A program made the translations under genes and the position numbers. DNA of 52,953 nucleotides from positions 1-52,953 of the IMG/VR virus record IMGVR_UViG_3300022919_000001; one strand, given 5' to 3'. Positions 17,359 to 25,309 of the stretch are shown here, piece by piece. Position 1 is the first letter of the stretch, and every line of letters begins with the position of its first letter. Origin of the DNA: a virus. The notes under the pieces were generated by a model. The model worked only from the letters and a program-made list of their open reading frames with translations. It was not told where the DNA came from and made no database searches.

Positions 17359-17373
17359 TATGTAAATATATGT

Positions 17374-17399
17374 AAAAAGGCAATAAAAAACAAATTGCC
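17374..17399 (-). terminator. Terminator after the exonuclease gene
   Basis: GGCAAT/ATTGCC stem (17379-84 with 17394-99), then T5 on the minus strand. Confidence 0.5.
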
Positions 17400-17402
17400 A
17401 TT

Positions 17403-18260
17403 CTAATACATGTATGCAGGTTTATCGCACACATATATACCATCATACGATTCTGCCCAAAAATCGTATGACTGATTAAAGTTTTCCTTTAAAAGACATT
17501 CATTGAACTTATCAACTATATCTGAATAGTCTTGCAGTCCCTGTTGTATTAAAGATTTATCGAGTTTATGAACGGAAACCCCCCCCTTTGCGTCACAACA
17601 TATTATGTAGAACGGAAGCATAGTTTTTTCTGCGGTTAAATACATTGCAGCCTGCCCATGATACCACATACTAATAATAGTGCGCTGTGCGGCACGTGGC
17701 GAAGCGTCAGGCACCTTTTTTATATCAACACGTATCTTTGCACCGCCAGCGTCATAATAACCTGTAAAACCAAAGTTTTTAAACTTCCATTCTAATCGCA
17801 CCTCACGGTTTGGGCAAAGGTTAAGTATCTTTTTAGCCGCTCTGTTATGGGTGATGTTAGCCGCAATTATTGTAGCCTGTTGGAATTGGTTAAGCGGTAT
17901 AACTTCGCCTGTGCATGTTGATAAAAATTCCGCCTTCCATTCTTTGTAAACTTTCGTTGCACGTGGATTGCCGCCGCCAATTTCGGCTATCTTATCAGCG
18001 TCATCTAATACGGTAAACCGATCCTCAAACCTTTCAGGCTCTAAAACTAAGCAATGTATAAGCGTACCTAATAACATTGCATCGGTCTGTTTTTTCTCCC
18101 TGAAAACATAATCTATAAAATCGTTTGGAGAATTTCTAAAAGCCTTTAGCGAACTGAACGATAGCGTTTTGCTACCGTCCATTAAATCGCTTATAAGTTG
18201 ATCTATTTTTGATTGCCTATCTTCTAAGATTAGGACTTCGTCTATTTGTTCGGTTTCCAT
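17403..18260 (-). CDS. PD-(D/E)XK exonuclease (RecE/exonuclease VIII-like)
   Basis: LGTLIHCLVLEP and RVDIKK motifs; lies just upstream of the recT-like gene. Confidence 0.65.
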   Translation of the reverse strand: METEQIDEVLILEDRQSKIDQLISDLMDGSKTLSFSSLKAFRNSPNDFIDYVFREKKQTDAMLLGTLIHCLVLEPERFEDRFTVLDDADKIAEIGGGNPRATKVYKEWKAEFLSTCTGEVIPLNQFQQATIIAANITHNRAAKKILNLCPNREVRLEWKFKNFGFTGYYDAGGAKIRVDIKKVPDASPRAAQRTIISMWYHGQAAMYLTAEKTMLPFYIICCDAKGGVSVHKLDKSLIQQGLQDYSDIVDKFNECLLKENFNQSYDFWAESYDGIYVCDKPAYMY

Positions 18261-18262
18261 GA

Positions 18263-18451
18263 TTAAAATTTTATGACGTTTACGTTTTTAAGGACTTTAG
18301 ATGTTCGTGTCATTTCATCGCAATACAATGAAAAACACAATGAAAGTAAGGCTTTATCAGGGCCAGCACGGTTGTAACTTTCCGCACTGGCTTTTATCTG
18401 ACACTTTAGCAATTCCCTTACTTCTTTTCGGGTAAAGGTTTCCTGCGGCAT
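18263..18451 (-). CDS. Hypothetical protein
   Basis: ORF track; lies between the annealase and exonuclease genes. Confidence 0.45.
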   Translation of the reverse strand: MPQETFTRKEVRELLKCQIKASAESYNRAGPDKALLSLCFSLYCDEMTRTSKVLKNVNVIKF

Positions 18452-19257
18452 TATGCTTTAGCAGCCTCCTTTTCAGCTTTCTTAATAGCCTGTTTACGTG
18501 CGCCAAGTGCCTTAATAAACACTTCCTGCCCGTGTAAAGCTGAATTATCGTTATATATAGCTGTTACCTCATCAAGAGTTTTTGCATCCTCTATAGCCGT
18601 TAAAATCGCTTCATCAACTACAATTTCAGCAGGTGTTTCAATTTCGGTATAGTCGGTTTCCTCTGTAGTTGGCGCAAATGTATTACGGTTAAAATCGTAG
18701 TCATGCTCACTATCAATACCGCTTAATGAGTAAGCCTGCTTTAATGCGTGTGCCTCGGCAACTTTTTTAATCATGCTGCCCGGATTTGTTTTCCAAGCAT
18801 TATAACCCTTGTTAAATTCTTTAAAGTCAGCCCATGCAATAAATGCATCCATACCCTCACGCTTAACGATAGCGTAAGCGCCTACAATGTTGCCCCTATT
18901 AGCCTGCGTAAATTCATGCTCAATGTGGCCGCTAACAATGTTCATTTTAAATTTATCCCCCTCGCATACATAAGCAGAGCGAATGCCTTTAAAGTCTTTT
19001 TTACGTTGGGCGTTGGCAAGGAAACCGTCACGGCCTGCAAATATTAACATATCGCTACCCGACTTATAGCACCATATTTCTTTTTGAAATGGGTTAAGTC
19101 CCGTACTTGCGGCAACCGCTAAGAAGTATTTTAACTCCGCATCGGTAGTACCTTTAGCTACTGAATTTTTAATAATGTCAATATCTGTACTAGAGAATTG
19201 ACTGATTGCTGATTGTTCATTTTGGCTGATTTGTAAGCCGTCTTTTTTTTGTGTCAT
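18451..19257 (-). CDS. recT: RecT/Bet-family single-strand annealing protein
   Basis: ..STGLNPFQKEIW..FAGRDGF..GAYAIVKR..WKTNPGSMIKKVAEAHALKQAY pattern typical of Bet/RecT. Confidence 0.75.
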   Translation of the reverse strand: MTQKKDGLQISQNEQSAISQFSSTDIDIIKNSVAKGTTDAELKYFLAVAASTGLNPFQKEIWCYKSGSDMLIFAGRDGFLANAQRKKDFKGIRSAYVCEGDKFKMNIVSGHIEHEFTQANRGNIVGAYAIVKREGMDAFIAWADFKEFNKGYNAWKTNPGSMIKKVAEAHALKQAYSLSGIDSEHDYDFNRNTFAPTTEETDYTEIETPAEIVVDEAILTAIEDAKTLDEVTAIYNDNSALHGQEVFIKALGARKQAIKKAEKEAAKA

Positions 19258-19372
19258 GTTGTTAAATATTAAGTTGTTAAGTATTTATGGAATTTCTGTT
19301 TTTCCATATTAATTTATTTAGTTGTTAGTTTAAAAAGTTCGCCTTAAATACTGTCTTTTGCTTACATTTTTC
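19258..19372 (-). ncRNA. Putative right-end / omega-RNA (reRNA) region of the TnpB element
   Basis: 115-nt gap 3' of tnpB. 7-bp hairpin TATGGAA..TTCCATA (19286-19308). GTTGTTA(A/G) occurs three times, at 19258, 19273 and 19321. Boundaries are not defined. Confidence 0.25.
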
Positions 19373-20485
19373 CTACTTCACAGCCCCGACCAATGTCGGC
19401 AACTCCATAGGCTCACTGGCTCGTAATAAGCCTGAATTTCTTATATTTATGGCTGCGTTAACGTCACGGTCAATAGTTAAGCCGCAATCGCAATTATACA
19501 CACGCTCAATTAATGGCATATCTTTTATGTTGCCGCATCCTGAACAAGTTTTAGATGTTGGCTCAAACCTGCCTACTGCAATTAACTTTCGTCCCTTCCA
19601 ATCAGCTTTATATTTCAACATGGTAGCAAACTTACTCCAAGATGCATCTGAAATTGATAAAGCTAATTTTCTATTTTTAACCATATTTTTAACAGCTAAA
19701 TCTTCTATACAAATAGTACCGTATTGATTGGTTATCTCATTTGATACGTTATGCAAAAAGTGGTTGCGCTGATTAGTTATGCGTTCATGTAGTATTGATA
19801 CTCTTAAATTTGCTTTTTTACGGTTGGCCGATCCTTTTTTCTTACGGCTTGCTCTGCGCTGTAATACCGCCAGCCTGTCTAATGATTTTCGTAATAGATT
19901 AGGCGATTCGTATTCTTTACCATCCGATAGCACCGCAAATGTTTTTATCCCTAAGTCTATCCCTACAGTACCGCTATTATGCGGAAATGGGATATTTTCT
20001 GTTTGTACTAAAATAGAAGCGTAATATTTATTAGTTGGCGTTTTTGATATAGTTGCAGATTTTACCACGCCATTAAAAGCCCGATGTTGAATTACTTTTA
20101 TGCCCTCTCTGAACTTGCCTATAAAAAGAAAACCATTTTTAATAATTATACTCTCCTTAACAAAAAATGAATTTTTGCCTGATTTTTTCTTAAGGGCTGG
20201 AAATCCTGAACCCTTAAAAAATTTACTATACGCAACGTCCATGTTAAGTATCGCCTTATCCATAGAATCCCTCGTAACTTCATTTAGCCAAGGCAAATCT
20301 TTCTTTAAGTCGGTAAGTTGCTTTTGCAAGTCGTATGCAGATAGACTATGCTTACTGCCTCTATACGCTGCTATTTTAGTTTCCAAAGCCAAATTATAAA
20401 CAAAGCGAACACACCCGAAATGCTTTTCGAGCAACACTTTTTGAGTGCCTGTAGGATATATTCGATATTTATAATATTTATACAT
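19373..20485 (-). mobile_element. tnpB: TnpB (IS200/IS605-family OrfB, RNA-guided endonuclease) without tnpA
   Basis: MYKYYKYRIYPTGTQKVLLEKHFGCVRFVYN. RuvC triad motifs GIDLG, CIEDL and DRDVNAAINI. Zinc ribbon CSGCG..CDCG. Confidence 0.85.
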
Positions 20486-20527
20486 ATTCGTCCCTTTTCA
20501 TATCGCTAAGTGTTGTAGTGGGGGTGG

Positions 20528-20755
20528 TTAAAGCCACTCGCCTGTTTTTTTGTAATGGTTAAATTGTAAATCAGAAAACTCGCTTTCGCAGATGAATTTC
20601 ATATCAGCAAGCGTTTCTTTATCAAAAAACGCCTCGTTAACAGGTGCGCCAACTTCATTTTTAATGCCTAATAATATGGCATGTATCCCATCAACATCGC
20701 CTTCAATTTCGTACTCAATAGTGTAGTTATCGTATTGCAGTGTGTAAGTTTTCAT
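20528..20755 (-). CDS. Hypothetical protein
   Basis: ORF track. Confidence 0.5.
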   Translation of the reverse strand: MKTYTLQYDNYTIEYEIEGDVDGIHAILLGIKNEVGAPVNEAFFDKETLADMKFICESEFSDLQFNHYKKTGEWL

Positions 20756-20789
20756 ATCTTCCTGTGTTTAATGTTTGGAAAGGGTGGGG

Positions 20790-20948
20790 TTAAAGGAAAT
20801 GTAAATTCAATATATACAGCGCCAATTCTTTAGCTTCGTCTTTTGTAAGAGATATAGCGGTATCAAGCCTACCATGCTGTTTTATTTTGAATTCAGAAGT
20901 TTCCGTATTAAAATATACTTCTATATTATCGTTTATAATTACCATCAT
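20790..20948 (-). CDS. Small hypothetical protein (52 aa)
   Basis: Hand-called; its start overlaps the stop of the upstream small ORF. Confidence 0.35.
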   Translation of the reverse strand: MMVIINDNIEVYFNTETSEFKIKQHGRLDTAISLTKDEAKELALYILNLHFL

Positions 20949-21124
20949 CTTAATTTGAAGCTACCCTTTGTTGTGTTGAAATTTAAAGACCTATCTTTTT
21001 CGTCAATAAAAATCTGATAGGCAACTGCACCGTTACCTACGTTTAAGTCAATTATTTTTTTAATGCTCCGCAAAACATATTCATCCATGCTTTCAGCGCC
21101 TAATATTGGTTCGTAAGTTTTCAT
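20945..21124 (-). CDS. Small hypothetical protein (59 aa), first gene of the leftward early operon
   Basis: Hand-called: MKTYEPILGAESMDEYV... A promoter box lies 27 nt upstream. Confidence 0.4.
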   Translation of the reverse strand: MKTYEPILGAESMDEYVLRSIKKIIDLNVGNGAVAYQIFIDEKDRSLNFNTTKGSFKLR

Positions 21125-21150
21125 TTTGCTCTTTTCCTTTTAGTTCGGTA

Positions 21151-21182
21151 CAAATATAGGGGGTGGTTTTGGTAATTGCAAA
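21151..21182 (-). promoter_or_regulatory. Leftward promoter (-7 TATATTTG, TTG 20 nt upstream)
   Basis: Minus-strand TATATTTG at 21151-21158 and TTG at 21179-21181. Confidence 0.5.
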
Positions 21183-21213
21183 TAAAAATAAAAAATAAAT
21201 TTTAAAATATTTT

Positions 21214-21243
21214 TTGCAAATGTAAATATTAGTTGTATGTTTG
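21214..21243 (+). promoter_or_regulatory. Rightward promoter (TTG, 19 nt, TATGTTTG)
   Basis: TTG at 21214-16, a 19-nt spacer, then TATGTTTG at 21236-43. Confidence 0.55.
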
Positions 21244-21283
21244 TATTGTAATAATTAAACAAATCATTTTAAAACTATCTCAC

Positions 21284-21496
21284 ATGACACACCAACAGCG
21301 TAAAGACAAAATTACTAAAGGCATAATAGATGCCTTTAAAAAACAGTTCCCACATTTAGAGCCTTGCACAGATGAGTTTGAAACTATTTGGCCTTTAAGT
21401 GTTTGGGATATGATACATACAGAAACCCGAAGTTTCGATGTTAAATTGAAGCTAACTACAGGTAAAGTTTTAGAAATAACTGAAAACCTCGGGTAA
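21284..21496 (+). CDS. Hypothetical protein
   Basis: ORF track 21233..21496. Start moved to ATG 21284 because the promoter box lies inside the longer ORF. Confidence 0.5.
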   Translation: MTHQQRKDKITKGIIDAFKKQFPHLEPCTDEFETIWPLSVWDMIHTETRSFDVKLKLTTGKVLEITENLG

Positions 21497-21497
21497 T

Positions 21498-21722
21498 ATG
21501 TCAACTATAACAATAGAACTTAGCAAGCTAATAAACTTACTAAATCAGCAGAAAGATTTAGTAGCCGAAAAACTACTTTCAGAAACTTACGTGTATAACA
21601 CTGAAAGCACTGATTCGCACACAAAGTCTATACAGAACATTGATAAGGAAAAGTTTAAACGCGTTGCTGTTTCTGCTAAATTACCGAGGGATATTGAAAC
21701 GCTAAAGGAATATATATTATGA
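21498..21722 (+). CDS. Hypothetical protein
   Basis: ORF track. Confidence 0.5.
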   Translation: MSTITIELSKLINLLNQQKDLVAEKLLSETYVYNTESTDSHTKSIQNIDKEKFKRVAVSAKLPRDIETLKEYIL

Positions 21723-21886
21723 AAATACTAAAATTCATAATCGCGCACTCTACATATAAACGTGTTTGGCGTGTGACCTATCAAGACGGCAGGAATACAT
21801 ACCCGCTATCTTATAATGAAGCAAAGCCTTTAAGTGAAATATTTAAAGGTAAATTATGGATTGATTATGATAATGGAATTTGGTAA
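21719..21886 (+). CDS. Small hypothetical protein (55 aa)
   Basis: Hand-called; ATGA overlap with the upstream stop. Confidence 0.4.
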   Translation: MKILKFIIAHSTYKRVWRVTYQDGRNTYPLSYNEAKPLSEIFKGKLWIDYDNGIW

Positions 21887-21976
21887 TTAAAATACCGTGT
21901 GCCGTGAGATAGTCACGGTCTGCTACCGCAACGCTCACAAGGCTTGCGGATTTGGCAGTAAAAAGACTTTTATATT

Positions 21977-22189
21977 ATGGCTAAAAGAGAAATACCAACA
22001 AAAAGAATTACACCCGCTGAAATAGCCGCAATGGCTATAGGTGAAACGCGCGAAGTACATGGAATGGTTTTAGGAACGTTTAAAACCTATGTAAGTAAGG
22101 CAAAGAAAATTGATCCTACCCTGCGCATTAAGTACTCCGATATGGTCGCTAATTTTGTAACCGCTAAACGTATATCAAATGACCACTAA
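21977..22189 (+). CDS. Hypothetical protein
   Basis: ORF track. Confidence 0.5.
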   Translation: MAKREIPTKRITPAEIAAMAIGETREVHGMVLGTFKTYVSKAKKIDPTLRIKYSDMVANFVTAKRISNDH

Positions 22190-22481
22190 CCAACTCAACC
22201 GCCTAACACCCGAATTGAAAGACCTTATAGGCCACAGTTTCCCCTACTTTGAGGAACAGCCACCACAAACACAGCGCAGGATAATAGAGGTAGCTAACAA
22301 CGCCTACACCCTCGGTAGTGAGGGGAAGTTATTCTCTGCCTTTATAAAGTCGCTGTTAGATAGTGGCGGGTATACAATCACAGAGTTAAGGGCAAAAGAC
22401 CCTGCATTATTGAAAGAGGTATTTGATTATTGGGTTAATGAATTGCCTGATTACGAATTACCTCAACCCCAATCTAAATAA
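22179..22481 (+). CDS. Hypothetical protein
   Basis: ORF track. Confidence 0.5.
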   Translation: MTTNQLNRLTPELKDLIGHSFPYFEEQPPQTQRRIIEVANNAYTLGSEGKLFSAFIKSLLDSGGYTITELRAKDPALLKEVFDYWVNELPDYELPQPQSK

Positions 22482-22534
22482 CATGGAAAAGCTCTTACCC
22501 CCGCCATATATAGGCGGTAAAAGAAAAAAGAATT

Positions 22535-22663
22535 ATGATTAAAGCAGAGGAACCAATTTACAAAGGCTATATGGATTTGGAATTAATGTACTGGAAAAAT
22601 CCAACACCTGACACGTCTAAATTTGCTGTTAGCTATTTATTTATAACATATTCACTTAATTGA
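22535..22663 (+). CDS. Small hypothetical protein (42 aa)
   Basis: Hand-called; ends 1 nt before the next ATG. Confidence 0.3.
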   Translation: MIKAEEPIYKGYMDLELMYWKNPTPDTSKFAVSYLFITYSLN

Positions 22664-22664
22664 T

Positions 22665-22850
22665 ATGAGCATTAACCCACATAAAAACCAAATCGAATTG
22701 GCTGATAATAAAGGCCACGTTTATTTATCATTTGATAATGACGATACAACCCATACGCTATTAAGCACACCGCAAGGAACATTAATTATCCCCGAATCGG
22801 AAGCTGTAAAAATGGCTAATGAGATTTTAAATAACTATTACAGCCTTTAA
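22665..22850 (+). CDS. Hypothetical protein
   Basis: ORF track. Confidence 0.5.
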   Translation: MSINPHKNQIELADNKGHVYLSFDNDDTTHTLLSTPQGTLIIPESEAVKMANEILNNYYSL

Positions 22851-22910
22851 CCCCCTCTCACCCTCTCTTTATGCGGGTGGGGGAAAGAAAAAACACTTAA
22901 AAATAATTAT

Positions 22911-23324
22911 ATGGAAACTAAAAAATTAGAACTTACAGAAGAAAATGAGGAAGATAAGCCTATAGGCTTTCTACCGAGATTGTTTTTGGGACTACTAATA
23001 AGTTTTGCCTTATTTGTATTTTGCTACGGCTTAGACTCAATGGCATTTCACAATAGATACTTTAATCAGTTATATGGAAAGCAAAATTCTTATAAAGTTC
23101 CGCCCAATTACCAAATAGTATCAAACGGGAAATACTACGCTATAAAAGTTATTAAAGGATATGATTCAGGGCAGTATCTTTATCACGGCAAGTATGGAAT
23201 TGAACCATATTATAAAGAGATAGCCTACGATTTGTTTTTAGATAGCGCAAATGCAAAAGCTGTTTTAAAAAGCTATATCGACGGTAAAAATGAAGACGCT
23301 CAAACATTAAACGACTTCAAATGA
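22911..23324 (+). CDS. Membrane-anchored protein (one N-proximal TM helix)
   Basis: Hydrophobic stretch LFLGLLISFALFVFCYGL after an acidic N-terminus. Confidence 0.55.
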   Translation: METKKLELTEENEEDKPIGFLPRLFLGLLISFALFVFCYGLDSMAFHNRYFNQLYGKQNSYKVPPNYQIVSNGKYYAIKVIKGYDSGQYLYHGKYGIEPYYKEIAYDLFLDSANAKAVLKSYIDGKNEDAQTLNDFK

Positions 23325-23485
23325 AAAACCCAATTTACCTAACCCTACTATGCCTTATGGTTGTGGGGTGTGAAGAATCCGAAAAGCCGTCAAGTTATAT
23401 ATCAAATATCGGTATTAGAGTAGTGCCTGACGGCGTAACAACATTAACAAACGTAACTTTTAACCCAATAAAATCATTAAAATAA
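23321..23485 (+). CDS. Small lipoprotein (54 aa)
   Basis: Hand-called: MKNPIYLTLLCLMVVGCEE has a lipobox-like VVGC. ATGA overlap with the upstream stop. Confidence 0.45.
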   Translation: MKNPIYLTLLCLMVVGCEESEKPSSYISNIGIRVVPDGVTTLTNVTFNPIKSLK

Positions 23486-23489
23486 AACC

Positions 23490-23828
23490 ATGAAAACAAC
23501 TCTAATTACACTAACAGCATTATTACTTGCGGCGGCAGGGTTTGGGCAGACGCTTGTATTGCAGACTCTTGAGGATAAAGACCCAGGATTTAAAATAAAC
23601 ACTTCAACAAGCCTATCGGGAAGCACGTTGTTTGTGGGCACGCAATTACCACCTGCAACCATTATGTTTTCGGGCAGATCGGGTAGCCTACTTAAAATCA
23701 ATATGATTAAAAACGGCAAGGTTACAGATATACATAGCCCAACTGGCTACGATAGCCTAATCCTATCATTCGATAAAAAGCGAATGGTTTGGAAAAACGA
23801 CAGTACATTAATTTTAATCAACAAATAA
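23490..23828 (+). CDS. Secreted protein (Sec signal peptide)
   Basis: MKTTLITLTALLLAAAGFGQ leader. Confidence 0.55.
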   Translation: MKTTLITLTALLLAAAGFGQTLVLQTLEDKDPGFKINTSTSLSGSTLFVGTQLPPATIMFSGRSGSLLKINMIKNGKVTDIHSPTGYDSLILSFDKKRMVWKNDSTLILINK

Positions 23829-23835
23829 CAACAAA

Positions 23836-24132
23836 ATGAAAAAAATCATCATCACATCCGCAATCTTATTATCAACCACTACTTCTTTCGCTCAATCAAA
23901 AACAGAGCCTAAAGCAGCCCCTACAAAGCCTCAATATCAAAAGGTAGTACAAATACCCGTCGAGGACTTTCAATTGCTCACACAGCAGTTAAACGAGCGC
24001 AAGAACACCGTTATCTATCAACCTAACATTAAGCCCGATGAAGCAGTGCAGATGCAGAAAGGCATTGACGCTTATTTGGTGGAATTGGGTAAAAGGGTGA
24101 AATTGGACAGCGTACTAATCCAACCAAAATGA
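23836..24132 (+). CDS. Secreted protein (Sec signal peptide)
   Basis: MKKIIITSAILLSTTTSFAQ leader. Confidence 0.55.
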   Translation: MKKIIITSAILLSTTTSFAQSKTEPKAAPTKPQYQKVVQIPVEDFQLLTQQLNERKNTVIYQPNIKPDEAVQMQKGIDAYLVELGKRVKLDSVLIQPK

Positions 24133-24296
24133 GAAACCCAAGAGTAAGCGGAAGCGGCCATTTGTTCGGCATACTGGCAACGACAGTATATTGCCTGCTA
24201 AACTTTTTCAAGTACGAAAGCCTTATGCACATAGCTGCTTTGGTAATACTACTTGCTATGTTTACTTTGTCAATTAAGAAGAGAGGCGAAAGGTGA
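24129..24296 (+). CDS. Small membrane protein (55 aa)
   Basis: Hand-called; ATGA overlap; two hydrophobic segments. Confidence 0.4.
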   Translation: MRNPRVSGSGHLFGILATTVYCLLNFFKYESLMHIAALVILLAMFTLSIKKRGER

Positions 24297-24433
24297 ACAA
24301 GGCGTTAATTTCACTATTAGTACCATTAATACTACTTTTATATGTCTTAATTAGTAAAAAACATGAGCAAGTTAGCAACCATAATAGCAATCATACTTTT
24401 ACCTGTAATGGTAGTGGTTGCGTTATTGAATGA
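24293..24433 (+). CDS. Small membrane protein (46 aa)
   Basis: Hand-called. GTGA overlap upstream and ATGA overlap downstream. Hydrophobic LISLLVPLILLLYVLI. Confidence 0.35.
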   Translation: MNKALISLLVPLILLLYVLISKKHEQVSNHNSNHTFTCNGSGCVIE

Positions 24434-24846
24434 ACATAAACAATTTAAAAACAAATAACATGAGCATTTTCAAAAAAATCGCTGACTGGATAACAGGCGC
24501 AGCAAAAAAAGTATCTCAAGCCCTTAAAATAGGCAAGGATGTAGGAAACATTATCAAACAGGTTGTAGATAGCCCGTTGTTAGATGTAGTAGTTAATCTA
24601 ACTAAAACGCCATTAGATAACGGCGCATTGGCTTATGTCCGGCCAAGAATAGGCGCATGGCTTGAAGAAATTGGATGGGCAGAAAAGAAACTGTCTGACT
24701 TTTCAGAAAAGACCTTTCCACACGTTATGAACTCAATAGCTGCCGAGGTAGCTGTATTAGAGGCGGAATATAAAGAAGTTGAATTAAGCAGACCACAGGC
24801 CATTGCAAGTATTCAGGTAGTTTATGATCCTAAAATTGTGGCGTAA
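24430..24846 (+). CDS. Hypothetical protein
   Basis: ORF track; alternative ATG at 24460. Confidence 0.5.
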   Translation: MNINNLKTNNMSIFKKIADWITGAAKKVSQALKIGKDVGNIIKQVVDSPLLDVVVNLTKTPLDNGALAYVRPRIGAWLEEIGWAEKKLSDFSEKTFPHVMNSIAAEVAVLEAEYKEVELSRPQAIASIQVVYDPKIVA

Positions 24847-24932
24847 TGAAAGCAGAATATATTGCAATATTTTTATCCGGTATGACAGCGGGGTATTTTC
24901 TATGTTTCATTATAGTAAAAGCATATAAATAA
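24846..24932 (+). CDS. Tiny membrane peptide (28 aa)
   Basis: Hand-called; TAATG overlap; a single hydrophobic helix. Confidence 0.25.
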   Translation: MKAEYIAIFLSGMTAGYFLCFIIVKAYK

Positions 24933-24950
24933 CCCTACACTACCTTCAAT

Positions 24951-24986
24951 CCCCGCAATCGTTCTGAAAGCGGGGATTTGTTTTTT
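24951..24986 (+). terminator. Terminator between convergent blocks
   Basis: CCCCGC (24951-56) pairs with GCGGGG (24970-75), followed by TTTGTTTTTT. Confidence 0.7.
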
Positions 24987-25308
24987 ACTTACTTATCTCA
25001 TCTGCCTTAGCCTCTTTAACAGCATCAACAGAACTTTTTGGTATTGCCCCGCCTTTTGCTTGCAGATCAGGATTGGTTGTTGCTGATTTAGCCACAACTG
25101 AAATAACAGTTCCAGCCGTAACCATGTAAGATGCAGCGGTATATATTATTTCAGGGATAGCTACGTTGCCCTCTTTTAATCCAAGTAAAGCAACCCCGGT
25201 CGTTAACAGCGTTGCGCCAAAGGCAAATATCTTTTTAAAGAAAGTCGGGGTTTCTCCTGATAGTCTCGCTAACAGTTGCCCGAAAAAAGTTGTAGGAATT
25301 TTGTTCAT
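24985..25308 (-). CDS. Membrane protein downstream of the lysozyme (holin/spanin candidate)
   Basis: Two hydrophobic helices; 1-nt gap from the lysozyme gene. Confidence 0.5.
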   Translation of the reverse strand: MNKIPTTFFGQLLARLSGETPTFFKKIFAFGATLLTTGVALLGLKEGNVAIPEIIYTAASYMVTAGTVISVVAKSATTNPDLQAKGGAIPKSSVDAVKEAKADEISK

Positions 25309-25309
25309 A

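Noticed and set aside
19373-20485. Nuclease-dead TnpB derivative acting as an RNA-guided transcription factor (TldR-like)
   Set aside because: All three RuvC catalytic motifs (GIDLG, IEDL, DRDVNAAINI) appear intact, so an active nuclease is the simpler reading.
21233-21283. Upstream extension of the 21233..21496 ORF
   Set aside because: The extension covers the TATGTTTG -7 box (21236-43) of the rightward promoter. The internal ATG at 21284 is the plausible start.
22851-22883. C-rich/G-rich hairpin (CACCC..GGGTG, CCCC..GGGG) as a terminator after the 22665 ORF
   Set aside because: No U-tract follows on either strand, and the next gene starts 28 nt later in the same operon. It was left unannotated.
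24363-24458. Alternative 31-aa hydrophobic ORF (MSKLATIIAIILLPVMVVVALL..)
   Set aside because: It overlaps the 24293..24433 ORF in another frame. That ORF is favoured because it is linked to both neighbours by GTGA and ATGA overlaps. The choice remains uncertain.
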